Of a stretch of 64,000 bases of DNA, positions 30,238-41,204 are shown piece by piece. Source of the DNA: an uncultured Anaerolineales bacterium (GTDB lineage Bacteria > Chloroflexota > Anaerolineae > Epilineales > Epilineaceae). Location: NCBI GenBank assembly GCA_964549495.1, contig CAZJWJ010000008.1, positions 514 to 64,513 of the forward strand. The letters run 5' to 3'. Numbering within the stretch: the stretch's first letter is position 1; every line of letters begins with the position of its first letter. The notes beneath the pieces are model-generated. The model was given only the letters and a program-made list of their open reading frames with translations. It was not told the origin of the DNA and did no database searches. The translations under genes were made by a program, and so were the position numbers.

Positions 30238-31374
30238 TCAAGGACAGAGATCGAGGCCATCCTTGGCCGGTTGCGAATCGGGGTCGAGCGTCAGCGCTTC
30301 CTGCAACCAGGGCTTGCCGCGCTCGCAATCGCCGGCGTAGATCAGCGAGAGGCCCAGGAGGTAGCGGTACTCCACCGCCCGCGCGCCCAAATCGATGGCC
30401 CGCTCGAAGCTGTTGGCGGCGGCGGTCCACTCCTGGCGGGCGTAGCGCACCCAGCCCAGATGGCCGTGGCCGGGCGCATAGCCCGGATCGACCTCGATGG
30501 CGCGTTGGAAGGAAGCTGCGGCGGCGTCCAGCGCGCCGGCATCGTAGTCCACCAGGCCGGCGCCATCGTAGGCCACCGGGTCGCCGGGATCGACCTCGGC
30601 CGCCTCGGCATAGGCCCGCCGCGCGGCATCGGCATCGCCCAAGAGGCGCCAGGCGCGGCCGACGTCGATGGCGTAGGCGCTGATCCAGGGCGCCAGGACC
30701 CGCGCCTCGCGATAGGCATCCAGGGCCGCCTGTCCCTCGCCGCGCACCTCGTGGGCCATGCCCAGCGCGCGCCGGGCCTCCGGGTCCTCGGGCGCCAGCT
30801 CCACCGCGCGCCGGGCCTCGGCCATGGCCGCATCCCATTGGCCGGTGGCGGCATAGGCCTCGGCCAGGGCGGCGCGGGCCCGGGCCTGCTGGGGATCCAG
30901 GTCCAGGGCCGCCTGGGCGGCGGGGATGGCCGCTTCGGGCTGGTCGGCCCAGTCGAGCGCCAGGGCCAGGGCCAGATGGGAGCGCGGGTCGGCCGGTGCG
31001 GCCGCCACGGCCTCGCGGGCCAATTCCAGGGCCTCGTCGTGGCGCCGGCGCCAGGTCAGGATGCGAACGCGCGCCGCCAGGGCATCGATGCGCGCCGGAT
31101 CGGCCGCGGCCACGGTGGCCCAGGCGCGCTCGGCCGCCGCCAGGTCGCCGGCCGCCTGGGCCGCCTCGGCGGTGGCGGCCAGCGCGTCCGGCGACGGGGT
31201 GGCGGTAGGCGACGGGGTCGGCGTGGGCAGGATGCTGGCCAGGCGCGCCTCCAGCCAGTCCGGTTGGGAGCGCACGAGGAGGACCAGACCCAGGAGCGCG
31301 AAGGCCACCAGGAGCACTCGGCGCGACGCGCCACGCTTGCGGCGCGGGCCCTCGCGGTTGGGATCGATGTACAT
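30238..31374 (-). CDS. membrane-anchored TPR-repeat protein
   Basis: N-terminal TM (VLLVAFALLGLVLLV), PT-rich linker, then about 8 TPR-like units (A..A...A......P....A...LG pattern). Confidence 0.8.
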   Translation of the reverse strand: MYIDPNREGPRRKRGASRRVLLVAFALLGLVLLVRSQPDWLEARLASILPTPTPSPTATPSPDALAATAEAAQAAGDLAAAERAWATVAAADPARIDALAARVRILTWRRRHDEALELAREAVAAAPADPRSHLALALALDWADQPEAAIPAAQAALDLDPQQARARAALAEAYAATGQWDAAMAEARRAVELAPEDPEARRALGMAHEVRGEGQAALDAYREARVLAPWISAYAIDVGRAWRLLGDADAARRAYAEAAEVDPGDPVAYDGAGLVDYDAGALDAAAASFQRAIEVDPGYAPGHGHLGWVRYARQEWTAAANSFERAIDLGARAVEYRYLLGLSLIYAGDCERGKPWLQEALTLDPDSQPAKDGLDLCP

Positions 31375-31522
31375 GGCGGCCTACCTTATCCACCGGCCCC
31401 GGGGTGGTCAACCTCCGGTCGCTGCGAGCGGAGGGTGTTGAGCGCCTGTTTGTTGCAGCAGGTCCGGCTGCACCCAAGGGCGCGGGCGGGAAATCGGGGT
31501 GGACATCGCCCGGCGGCCGGGT

Positions 31523-31528
31523 TATAAT
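31523..31528 (+). promoter_or_regulatory. candidate -10 box (TATAAT) about 240 nt upstream of the NHL-repeat gene
   Basis: gggTTATAATcgg in the largest non-coding gap of the window. Confidence 0.3.
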
Positions 31529-31769
31529 CGGATCCTGTCCGACGCATTCCTGTCCGACATCATTGCTCTCGTAGCGTCATATCGAAACCTTCGACCCGCC
31601 GTGCGGCTGCACGCCCCATGATATTTACGACGCCGCCAGCCGCGGCCGCGAGGGGTCGATCGTTTGCGAGGAGGACGTCGAACTTGACGCCCCGCCGCTT
31701 GCTCATGCGCCTCTCCCTGGCCCTGATATCGTGTTGACCCGTCTGTGCAAGGCCCTGCCAGAAGGGCGC

Positions 31770-34055
31770 ATGCGGCGCAATCTGCCTACGACCACCGCCT
31801 GGTGCTTGGTGGTCGCGTTCGGCATGCTGGCCATCGGCGCGCCCTTGCCGGCGGCCGGCCAGGCTTCGGCGGGACCGACCTTCGATCGCGTGATCGGCGT
31901 ATTGCCCGACGCGGGACTGCTCAACACCCCGATGGGGGTGACGGTCTCGCCCAGCAACCCCAACCGCATCTTCGTGGTCGACTACGGCAACGCCCGCATC
32001 CAGGTCTTCCGCACCACCGGTCGGCCGGATCTGGGCTACTGGGGCAGCCGCGGCGAGGGCCTGGGCGAGTTCTGGCAGCCCATGGACATCGAAGCCAGCC
32101 CGGACGGCCGATTCATCTACGTGGTCGACGCGGGCCGCGCGCGGGTGATGCAGTACGAGCTCGACCGGCTGTGCATCGGCGAGATCGACGTCGGCTGCGA
32201 GAACCGCGTGCGCCTCGAATGGGGCAGCTATGGCAGCGGCCCGGGCGCCTTCCGCGCGCCCACCGGCCTGGCCGTCGACCGCAAGGGCCGCGTCTACGTG
32301 GCCGACGAGGCAGCCGGTAACATTCAAGTCTTCGAGGCCGACGGCAGCAATCCGCGCATCCTGACCGACGCCGATGACGGTCCCGGCCGGCTCAACCACC
32401 CGCGCGACATCGAGGTCGACGCCGAGGGCAAGATCTGGGTGGCCGACACCGAGAACCACCGCATCGTCGTGCTCGACCAGGAGGGCCAGCTCCTGACCCA
32501 GGTCCTGGGGGGGGTGGACGGCTTCTACAAGCCGACCGGCATCGCGGTCGGGCCGGACGGCAGCTTCATCGTCCGCGACTTCGACCCCTCCTACCGCACC
32601 CCGCGGCTCTGGCGCTACGACGAGAACGGCCGGCTCGAGGGCTCCCTGATCCAGATGGAGGGCTACGACAAGCGCAGCCGCTACCCGCTTCAGGGCGTCG
32701 ATTTCATGCCCGACGGCACGGCGGTGGTCGCCAACCCCTACGCCGGCATCACCCACCTGGGCGAGCCCCAGGCCTTCGAGATCAGCCTCTACCTCTTGCC
32801 CGACGGCGGCGATGCCCTGCAGCCCTTGGCCGCCCGCGGCCGCGCGCCGGGCCAGTTCGCTCATCCCTCGGCGGTGGCCATCGGCAAGCGCTACGTGGTG
32901 GTCGGTGACACCGACAACCAGCGGGTCCAGATCCTGGATGCCGAATTGGGCTACACGCCCTCGCGCGTGATCGGTGCGCCCGAGCTGGAGCTGGACGAGA
33001 TCGCCGGCGTGGCCATCTTCGACACCGGCAGCGCGCTGACCAGCCGGATCTACGTCTCCGATCGCGAGCGCAACCAGGTCTTCGTGCTCGATCCCACCGG
33101 CGCCGTCTTGGCCACCTGGGGTGACGGCCGCAGCCGCGACTTCAACAAGCCCGGCGGCATGGCCGTCGACGCCGAGGGCCGGGTCTACGTCGCCGACACC
33201 AACAACCGCCGCGTGGTGGTCCGTTCGCCCGAGGGCGAGGAGCTGCGCAGCTTCGGTCGCGACGAGCTGAGCCAGCCGGATGGCGTGGCTATCGGTCCCG
33301 AGGGGCTGATCTACGTCATCGAGCGCGGCCGATCGCGCCTGATGGCCTTCGACGAGGCCGGCACGGCCGTGGCGCTCTGGGATGCCGAGCCCTCCGACTT
33401 CGCGCGGCCCGAGCCGGGCGAGATGAGCAAGCCGGTCTCCATCGCCGCCGACGACCGCTACCTCTACATCCTCGAGAACACCGGTTTCCTGCACGCCCGC
33501 GTCCAGGTGCTCCGGCCCGAGGTCGGCAAGCCGCTATCCGAGAGCGTGGTGGCGGTCTTCGCCGCCTCCGAGGGCGCCGGTCCGGGCCTGGTCTACGACC
33601 CCTTCGGCGTGGCGGCGCATCCGGACGGCCGCGTGATCGTCGCCGACTCGGGCAACAACCGGCTGCAGCTCTTCCGATGGCCGGACGAAGGTCCGGACGA
33701 GGTGCCGACGCCGACCGCGGAACCGACCGACGAGCCCTCGCCCGAGCCCACCGACGAGCCGGATCCCCAGGAGACGCCGGAGTCGACGCCCGAGGTCAGC
33801 CCGACCCCGACCGACGAGCCCGATCCCGGCGACGATCCCTCCCCGACCCCGACCGACGAGCCGACGGCCGAGCCCACCGAGGCCCCGACCGACGAGCCCA
33901 CACCGGCTTCGTCGGCCGAACCGACCGCGGATCCGACCCGGACGCCGACGGACGAGCCCGATCCGACCGTAGAGCCCTCACCCACCGAGGACCGTTCGAC
34001 CCGGATCAATCCCCTCTTGACCATCTACTTCCCACAATTGGTCAAGCACCGCTAG
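31770..34055 (+). CDS. secreted NHL-repeat (six-bladed beta-propeller type) protein with PT/DE-rich C-terminal linker
   Basis: Signal peptide from the ATG at 31770 (a GTG at 31731 is also possible). More than 10 NHL-like units (P.GvavD..G.iyVaD..N.RI..f). C-terminal (PTDEP)n linker and a short tail INPLLTIYFPQLVKHR. Confidence 0.85.
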   Translation: MRRNLPTTTAWCLVVAFGMLAIGAPLPAAGQASAGPTFDRVIGVLPDAGLLNTPMGVTVSPSNPNRIFVVDYGNARIQVFRTTGRPDLGYWGSRGEGLGEFWQPMDIEASPDGRFIYVVDAGRARVMQYELDRLCIGEIDVGCENRVRLEWGSYGSGPGAFRAPTGLAVDRKGRVYVADEAAGNIQVFEADGSNPRILTDADDGPGRLNHPRDIEVDAEGKIWVADTENHRIVVLDQEGQLLTQVLGGVDGFYKPTGIAVGPDGSFIVRDFDPSYRTPRLWRYDENGRLEGSLIQMEGYDKRSRYPLQGVDFMPDGTAVVANPYAGITHLGEPQAFEISLYLLPDGGDALQPLAARGRAPGQFAHPSAVAIGKRYVVVGDTDNQRVQILDAELGYTPSRVIGAPELELDEIAGVAIFDTGSALTSRIYVSDRERNQVFVLDPTGAVLATWGDGRSRDFNKPGGMAVDAEGRVYVADTNNRRVVVRSPEGEELRSFGRDELSQPDGVAIGPEGLIYVIERGRSRLMAFDEAGTAVALWDAEPSDFARPEPGEMSKPVSIAADDRYLYILENTGFLHARVQVLRPEVGKPLSESVVAVFAASEGAGPGLVYDPFGVAAHPDGRVIVADSGNNRLQLFRWPDEGPDEVPTPTAEPTDEPSPEPTDEPDPQETPESTPEVSPTPTDEPDPGDDPSPTPTDEPTAEPTEAPTDEPTPASSAEPTADPTRTPTDEPDPTVEPSPTEDRSTRINPLLTIYFPQLVKHR

Positions 34056-34107
34056 CGCGGAGCGTCCCCGACGTCGGGTCGCGCGGAACAGCGGGACAGG
34101 TCGCGCT

Positions 34108-34632
34108 TCAGTCCTCGTCGATCAAGCCCGGCAGGGGCGTCACCGTGATGCGGCCGGCCTCCAGGTCGATCTCGGCGATCACCTGATCGATCATCGGCAG
34201 CAGGATCTCCCCGCCGTAGGGACCGCGCACGACCAGCACGTCGGCGGCGCCGGTCTCCAACACCCCTGACACCCGGCCCAGCTCGCGGCCGGCATCCGTG
34301 ACCACCTCCAGGCCCTCCAGCTGGTAGCTGTAATAGCTGTCCTCGTCCAGCGGATGGGCCTCGTCGATGGGCACGTAGGCGTAGAGCCCCGTCCAGCGCA
34401 TGGCCGTGTCTCGATCCTCGATGCCCTCGAAACGCAGCAGCCAGCGTGACTTGTGCGGACGCGAGGAAAGGACCCGGGCGGGGACGGGCTGTTGGCCCCG
34501 CTCGGGTCCGATGTACAGGATGCTGCCCGGAGCGAAGCGCTCGGGGAAGTCGGTCAGGGGATCGACCTGCAGCTCCCCCTGCACCCCGTGCGGCCGGCCG
34601 ATGCGGCCGACCGCCAGAAAGTCGGGTGTCAC
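34108..34632 (-). CDS. rimM: 16S rRNA processing protein RimM
   Basis: VGRIGRPHGVQGEL N-terminus plus a PRC-barrel C-terminus. GTG start. Operon context is rpsP-KH-rimM. Confidence 0.9.
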   Translation of the reverse strand: MTPDFLAVGRIGRPHGVQGELQVDPLTDFPERFAPGSILYIGPERGQQPVPARVLSSRPHKSRWLLRFEGIEDRDTAMRWTGLYAYVPIDEAHPLDEDSYYSYQLEGLEVVTDAGRELGRVSGVLETGAADVLVVRGPYGGEILLPMIDQVIAEIDLEAGRITVTPLPGLIDED

Positions 34633-34636
34633 CCGC

Positions 34637-34873
34637 TCAGTCCTGGATCTCCAGGCGCCAACGCTCGTCGCCCGGCGCCGCGTCCAGGAGGGCGCGGATG
34701 GCGTTGGCCACCCGCCCGTCGCGGCCGATCACCCGGCCCATGTCGGCGTCGGCCACTTCGAGCACCACCACGTGGTGGCGCCCCTTTTCGGCCTGACTGA
34801 CCTTCACCGCATCGGGCTCGTCGGCCAAGGCGCGGGCGACGTACTCCACCAGGCCCAGCATGTCGGCCGGCAT
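34637..34873 (-). CDS. KH-domain RNA-binding protein (YlqC/UPF0109)
   Basis: 78 aa, GRVIGRDGRVANAIR (GxxG KH loop). The start overlaps the rpsP stop by 1 nt. Confidence 0.85.
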   Translation of the reverse strand: MPADMLGLVEYVARALADEPDAVKVSQAEKGRHHVVVLEVADADMGRVIGRDGRVANAIRALLDAAPGDERWRLEIQD

Positions 34874-35643
34874 CAGCCGCCACCACCGTAGGCGTCGAGC
34901 TTCTCTTCGATCTCCTCGGCCGCCTTGGCGCCGATGCCGGAGATGGCCGTCAGCGCGTCGCTGCCCTGCTTGCGCAAGGCCTGCAGCTGGGACACGGTCG
35001 CGATCTCGGCCGCCTCCAGCGCGTTGACCACGCGGGTGGAAAGGTCGAGCACCGCGATCTGGGCGTCCTCGACCGCCTCTTGGGCCGCCTCGACCGTTTC
35101 CTCGGCGGTCTCGGTCGCCTCATCCGCCGCCTCGTCGGCCGCTTCAGCGGCCTCTTCGCTGACCTCCTCGATGACCTCGGTGACGGCCTCCTCGGCCTCC
35201 ATGGCCAGCTCGGCCGGCGCTTCGGTCGAGACCTCCTTGGCCTCCTCGAGCTTCTCGGCCGCCTCGGCCGCCTTGGCCTCGGTCTTGGTCTTGGGCTCGG
35301 CCTTGGCCTCCGTCTTGGCCTTGGCCTTGACCGGCGGTGCCGCCGCCTCCGGCTCGGAAACCAGATCCTCGATCTTGCTGCCCTTGTGGACCTGCTTGAC
35401 CTTGTCGGGCAACTCGAGCTTGCGGAAGAAGCGCGCCACGGCGTCGGAGGGCTGGGCGCCGACGCTCAGCCAGTAGATCGCCCGATCCTGCTTGATGACC
35501 ACCGTCGGCGGATCGGTGCGCGGGTTGTAATGTCCGATGTTCTCGATGAAACGGCCATCGCGCGGCGATCGGCTGTCGGCCACGACGATGCGGTAGCTGG
35601 GCTGCTTCTTGGCGCCGACGCGGCGCAGACGAATCTTGACCAT
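34873..35643 (-). CDS. rpsP: 30S ribosomal protein S16 with ~170-aa C-terminal extension ending in an RpoA-alpha-CTD-like HhH domain
   Basis: [41 protein letters not shown] is the canonical S16 core. It is followed by an A/E/K-rich region and [22 protein letters not shown]...[16 protein letters not shown]. Confidence 0.9.
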   Translation of the reverse strand: MVKIRLRRVGAKKQPSYRIVVADSRSPRDGRFIENIGHYNPRTDPPTVVIKQDRAIYWLSVGAQPSDAVARFFRKLELPDKVKQVHKGSKIEDLVSEPEAAAPPVKAKAKTEAKAEPKTKTEAKAAEAAEKLEEAKEVSTEAPAELAMEAEEAVTEVIEEVSEEAAEAADEAADEATETAEETVEAAQEAVEDAQIAVLDLSTRVVNALEAAEIATVSQLQALRKQGSDALTAISGIGAKAAEEIEEKLDAYGGGG

Positions 35644-35720
35644 GATCTTGCCTCACTCCTGTTCAGTAGGCTTGTCGATGCCCCCCGGGGGCTGGGTTCG
35701 AACTGCCCGCGAGCCGAAGC

Positions 35721-37058
<1,338 letters not shown>

Positions 37059-37234
37059 GGTGCCTTCGGGCGTTGTGCGCAGCGGTAACGAATGTGGAAT
37101 AATAGGCGCCGATGCCGCGTCGGTCAAGGCATTTCGGCCATCCACGCCGCCCGATCCGGGCTTCGGTCCGGGGCTCGTGCCGAACATCGGACCGAGGTCG
37201 GCCAGTCGAGGGATCCGGAGGCAAAGGGGGGAAG

Positions 37235-38722
37235 GTGAGCAGCGGCGAGGGCTTGTTGGACGCCATCCGAGAGGCCGACGCGCGCCTGGCGCTCTTCGAG
37301 CCGGGCGATCGGGTGGTGGTCGGCGTCTCCGGCGGACCGGACTCGGTGGCCCTGCTGGATGCCCTGCGCGCCTACGCGCCCCTCCGCTCGCTGCAGCTCC
37401 ACGTGGCCCACCTGGACCACATGCTGCGCCAGTCCGGCGTGGCCGACGCGGCCTGGGTGCAGCAGCTGGCGGCCGACTGGGGCCTGCCGGCCACGGTCCA
37501 CGCCCGCGATGTCGGTCGCCTGGCCGCCCGCCTGGGCCTCAGCCTGGAGAACGCCGCCCGACAGGCCCGCTACGCCTTTTTGGCCCGCGTGGCCGCCGAG
37601 CAGGGCGCGCGCGGCGTGGCGGTGGGCCATCAGGCCGACGACCAGGTCGAGACGGTGCTGATGCATTTTCTTCGCGGCGCCGGCCTGGACGGCCTGAGCG
37701 GCATGCAGACGATCTCCGACTACCCGCTGGACGCCGCGGCCATCGCCGCCATCGAGGACTTCCGTGCGCCGGCCGGCCGCCCTTGGCCGCCGCGCCTCCT
37801 CCGCCCGCTGCTCGAGGTCCCGCGCCGCGCCATCACGGCCCATCTGCGCGAGACCGGCATCGAGGCCCGGCGCGACGAGAGCAACGAGGATCCGGCCTTC
37901 TTGCGCAACCGCATCCGCCTGGAGGTCCTGCCGCTGCTCGAGGAGATCAACCCCCGCCTGCGCGATACGCTGCGGCGCAATGCCCAGGCGGTCGGCGGCG
38001 ACTTGGACTACGTCCGCCGGGCGGTCGACCGGGCCTGGACCGAGGGCGTGGACGCCGGCCCCGACCGCGTGCACCTGCCCCTGGCCGGCTGGCGCGGCCT
38101 CCACCCGGCCATCCAGCGCCGCCTGCTGCGCCGCGCGGCGGCCCATCTGGGCACCAACGCGCGCGACCTGGGCCTGGACTCGGTCGAGGCGGCCCGCGCG
38201 GCCATCGAGGCCGGCGCCACCCTCAACCTGCCCGGCGGCCTGCGCCTGCACTCGACGGAGACCGGTTTCGATCTCTCCCGCGGCGGCCCGGCCATCCCCC
38301 CACCGCTCCCCGAGACCGAGGCCCGCAGCCTGCGCGTGCCGGGCCAGACCGACTGGCCGGGCGGCTGGCGCCTGGAGGCCGAGCTGCGCGAGCGCCGCCC
38401 CGGCGAGCCGGCCGCCGGCCGCGATCCCTGGCAGCTGCGCCTGGACGCCGATCGCCTGGTCGGCCCCCTGACCCTGCGCGCCCGCGAGCCGGGCGACCGC
38501 CTGCAGCCCCTGGGCATGGGCGGCCAGCACAAGTCGCTGCAGGACCTCTTCGTCGACGCCAAGATCCCCCGTCAGGTCCGCGAGGGCTGGCCCCTGCTCT
38601 TCGATGCCCAGCGCCTGATCTGGGTCCCCGGCTTGCGCGTCGACGAGCGCGTCCGCCTGGGCCCCGGCGCCCGCCGCCTGCTGGTGTTGCGCTGCCAGCC
38701 GCCGCCGGACGTCGAGCGCTGA
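37235..38722 (+). CDS. tilS: tRNA(Ile)-lysidine synthase
   Basis: GTG at 37235 after GGAGGCAAAGGGGGGAAG. PP-loop VGVSGGPDSVALL and the full TilS architecture. Confidence 0.9.
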   Translation: MSSGEGLLDAIREADARLALFEPGDRVVVGVSGGPDSVALLDALRAYAPLRSLQLHVAHLDHMLRQSGVADAAWVQQLAADWGLPATVHARDVGRLAARLGLSLENAARQARYAFLARVAAEQGARGVAVGHQADDQVETVLMHFLRGAGLDGLSGMQTISDYPLDAAAIAAIEDFRAPAGRPWPPRLLRPLLEVPRRAITAHLRETGIEARRDESNEDPAFLRNRIRLEVLPLLEEINPRLRDTLRRNAQAVGGDLDYVRRAVDRAWTEGVDAGPDRVHLPLAGWRGLHPAIQRRLLRRAAAHLGTNARDLGLDSVEAARAAIEAGATLNLPGGLRLHSTETGFDLSRGGPAIPPPLPETEARSLRVPGQTDWPGGWRLEAELRERRPGEPAAGRDPWQLRLDADRLVGPLTLRAREPGDRLQPLGMGGQHKSLQDLFVDAKIPRQVREGWPLLFDAQRLIWVPGLRVDERVRLGPGARRLLVLRCQPPPDVER

Positions 38723-38778
38723 GCCGGGGTCTGAGCCGGGGTCTGAGCCGAACGCTGAATCGTCGCCGGAAGTGCGGT

Positions 38779-40353
38779 TCAGCCCCGATCGGACCAGCGT
38801 GCCTCCGCGCGGCCCGCGGCCGGCGTCACCTGTATCGGCCACTCGGCCCGGTGCGACCCGTTTCCGCGCAAGGCAAACCAGACCACGATGCCGAACCCCA
38901 ATCCATAGAGCCCGCCGAAGATGGCCAGCCAGAATACGCCTCTGGAGATCGCGGCCCAGACCAGGAGCCAGGCGTAGGCGGCCAGGGTCAGCTCGAGCCA
39001 GCTCTGCCAACCGAGGTGAAGGCGATAATCGGAGTTCGCGGCAAGCGCGTGCGGGTCCCCCTGGCCGTCTTGGATCCCCGGCTCGTCCATCGGCATCGCG
39101 GCTCCATCCCCACGCTTGGGCGTCCGCTCGAAGCGACCCCCTCGACCGACGAGCGCCCCGACGACGGCCCGGCTCCCGGTCCAGGCCATACCCACCGTCA
39201 AGAGCGCCAAGGCCGGATAGTCGCGCAGGAGTCTCCAGCCACGACTCTCCCCACCTTCCAGCGCCAGCGCGCAAGCGTAGAGCAGAGGCGGGCAGAAGGG
39301 CGCCAGGGTGAGCAGCGAGAGCGCCGGCGGGAAGCTCGGCGGCCACACGAGGAGCAGCGGTGCGCCGAGCAGAAGGGCCAGCATGACCGGGTGGACCAGG
39401 TAGCCCGAGAGGGTGAGCAGGCCCAAGAGGCGTCGGTGCAGCGGCATGTCGGCAGCCAGCAGCTGGCGGCCCAGCTTGCGCAGGACCTGCACGGTGCCCT
39501 TGGCCCAGCGATGCTGCTGGCGGCGGTAGGCCGGCAGGCTGGCCGGCAGCTCGGCCGGCGCCACCAGATCGGGCAGCATGCGGATGGACCAGCCGGCCAT
39601 CTGGGCGCGGTAGCTGAGGTCGAAGTCCTCGGTCAGCGTATCGCCCTGCCAGCCGCCGGCCGCCTCGATGGCCTGGCGGCGCCAGACGCCGGCCGTGCCG
39701 TTGAAGTTGAGCATCAGGCCCAGACGCGACTGGGCGGTCTGCTCGACCAGGAAGTGCCCGTCCAGGGCCAGGGCCTGGGCGCGGGTGAGCAGCGAGTCGC
39801 CGGCGTTCAGGTGCCCCCAGCGCGCCTGCACCGCCCCGATGCCGGGCCCCAGATAGGGCAGGGCCCGCTCCAGGAAGTCCGGCGGCGGCACGAAGTCGGC
39901 ATCGAAGACCGCCAGGGCCTCGCCCTGCGACCGCTCGAAGCCGGCCGCCAGCGCGCCGGCCTTGAAGCCCTCGCGGTGGCCGCGCCGGATGACCCGGATG
40001 TCGACGCCCCGCTCGCGCCAGGCGCGAGCGCGCGCGTCGACGATGGCCCGGGTCTCGTCCTCCGAATCATCCAGCACCTGGATCTCCAGGCGATCGGCCG
40101 GCCAGCGCAGCCGGCAGAGCGCGTCGATGGCCCGCGCGGCCACGTAGCGCTCGTTGTAGATCGGCAGCTGCACCGTCACCCGCGGCGGGCGACCGTCGCT
40201 CGATTCGGCGCCGAGGCCACCAAGGCCCGCCATGGGCTCGGGCTGCCGATGCCGGCAACACCAGGCCCCGATGGCCAGGCCCAGCATGCGGAAGCCGAAG
40301 AGCCCCAGGAAGCTGAAGCCGGCGGCGTAGGTCCAGCCGAGCAACAGGGACAT
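38779..40353 (-). CDS. processive family-2 glycosyltransferase (cellulose-synthase-like fold)
   Basis: Start at the ATG at 40353. N-terminal TM, VQLPIYNE, QVLDDS, FDADF, and QQHRWAKG (QxxRW), followed by C-terminal TM helices. Confidence 0.85.
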   Translation of the reverse strand: MSLLLGWTYAAGFSFLGLFGFRMLGLAIGAWCCRHRQPEPMAGLGGLGAESSDGRPPRVTVQLPIYNERYVAARAIDALCRLRWPADRLEIQVLDDSEDETRAIVDARARAWRERGVDIRVIRRGHREGFKAGALAAGFERSQGEALAVFDADFVPPPDFLERALPYLGPGIGAVQARWGHLNAGDSLLTRAQALALDGHFLVEQTAQSRLGLMLNFNGTAGVWRRQAIEAAGGWQGDTLTEDFDLSYRAQMAGWSIRMLPDLVAPAELPASLPAYRRQQHRWAKGTVQVLRKLGRQLLAADMPLHRRLLGLLTLSGYLVHPVMLALLLGAPLLLVWPPSFPPALSLLTLAPFCPPLLYACALALEGGESRGWRLLRDYPALALLTVGMAWTGSRAVVGALVGRGGRFERTPKRGDGAAMPMDEPGIQDGQGDPHALAANSDYRLHLGWQSWLELTLAAYAWLLVWAAISRGVFWLAIFGGLYGLGFGIVVWFALRGNGSHRAEWPIQVTPAAGRAEARWSDRG

Positions 40354-40486
40354 CAAGGCCCGCTCCGCGCGGGCAGGGCGGCGGGGCGAGGCGAGGCGAG
40401 GGCAATCGCGGGGCGGGACGGGGGGCTGGGGGTGAACACGGGCCGGCATTATACACGAGGCGAGCGGCCGGCCGGCCAACTCTCGC

Positions 40487-40495
40487 TGCTATACT
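40487..40495 (+). promoter_or_regulatory. candidate extended -10 (TGCTATACT) upstream of the M50-like gene
   Basis: Located 62 nt upstream of the ATG at 40557. Confidence 0.35.
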
Positions 40496-40556
40496 CCTGG
40501 GATGTCGAGCGCCGAGGACGACCTCGGCGCCATCAAAGGGCAGGCTAGCACCGCAC

Positions 40557-41204
40557 ATGTTGCTCCTACGACTGGAACCCGCCCAACTCGTCGCCCTGCT
40601 GACCGCCCTGGTGGTCGGCCTGAGCGTGCACGAGTTCGCCCACGCCTGGTCGGCCTTCAAGCTCGGGGATCGCACCGCCGAGCAGCAGGGCCGCTTGACC
40701 CTGGACCCGCGCAGCCACATCGAACCCATCGGCGCCCTGATGATGCTGATGGTCGGCTTCGGCTGGGCCCGCCCGGTGCCCATCAACCCCTACACCCTGG
40801 GTCGCCAGGGCACCTTGCTGGTCTCGCTGGCCGGGCCGGTCAGCAACCTGCTCTTGGCCACCGGGGCGGCCCTCTTGATCCGCCTGATACCGGCCGGACT
40901 GGCGCCGGTCGAGTCCTTCCTCTACTTCTTCCTCTACCTCAACGTGCTGCTGGCCGTCTTCAACATGCTGCCCATCGCGCCCCTGGACGGCTGGAAGGTG
41001 CTGCTGGGGCTGGTGCCCCCGTCCACCGAGTTCCGCCTGCGCCAGTACGAGCGCCACGGCATGCTGATCTTGCTGGTGCTGGTCTTTGCCGGCTCCTTCC
41101 TCCCCGGAAACGTCGACCTGCTCTGGACCATTCTCGGCCCGCCGGTGGATGGCATCGTCGGGCTGCTCGGCCGACTGGCGGGCGTACGGATCGGCCTTGG
41201 ATGA
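40557..41204 (+). CDS. M50-family (SpoIVFB-like) membrane metalloprotease
   Basis: HEFAHAWSA (HExxH) and FNMLPIAPLDG. 215 aa, multi-TM. Confidence 0.85.
   Translation: MLLLRLEPAQLVALLTALVVGLSVHEFAHAWSAFKLGDRTAEQQGRLTLDPRSHIEPIGALMMLMVGFGWARPVPINPYTLGRQGTLLVSLAGPVSNLLLATGAALLIRLIPAGLAPVESFLYFFLYLNVLLAVFNMLPIAPLDGWKVLLGLVPPSTEFRLRQYERHGMLILLVLVFAGSFLPGNVDLLWTILGPPVDGIVGLLGRLAGVRIGLG

Noticed and set aside
31560-31705. 48-codon minus-strand ORF (MSKRRGVKFDVLLANDRPLAAAAGG...) with GGGAGAGG upstream, in the TPR/NHL intergenic region
   Set aside because: It has no recognisable family and is the tail of a long spurious antisense ORF. The SD spacing is only ~3 nt. It cannot be supported without expression or conservation data.
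33990-34055. C-terminus of the NHL-repeat protein as a PEP-CTERM substrate of the exosortase at 24.6-25.5 kb
   Set aside because: It has no PEP tripeptide, its hydrophobic stretch is only ~13 aa, and it has no terminal Arg cluster, so it does not fit the known signal.
38720-38753. 12-nt tandem repeat TGAGCCGGGGTC x2 plus a partial copy, starting at the tilS stop codon
   Set aside because: It is short, non-coding, and lies at a convergent gene junction. It gives in-frame repeated TGA codons but has no further structure, so it is probably a slippage duplication of no clear function.
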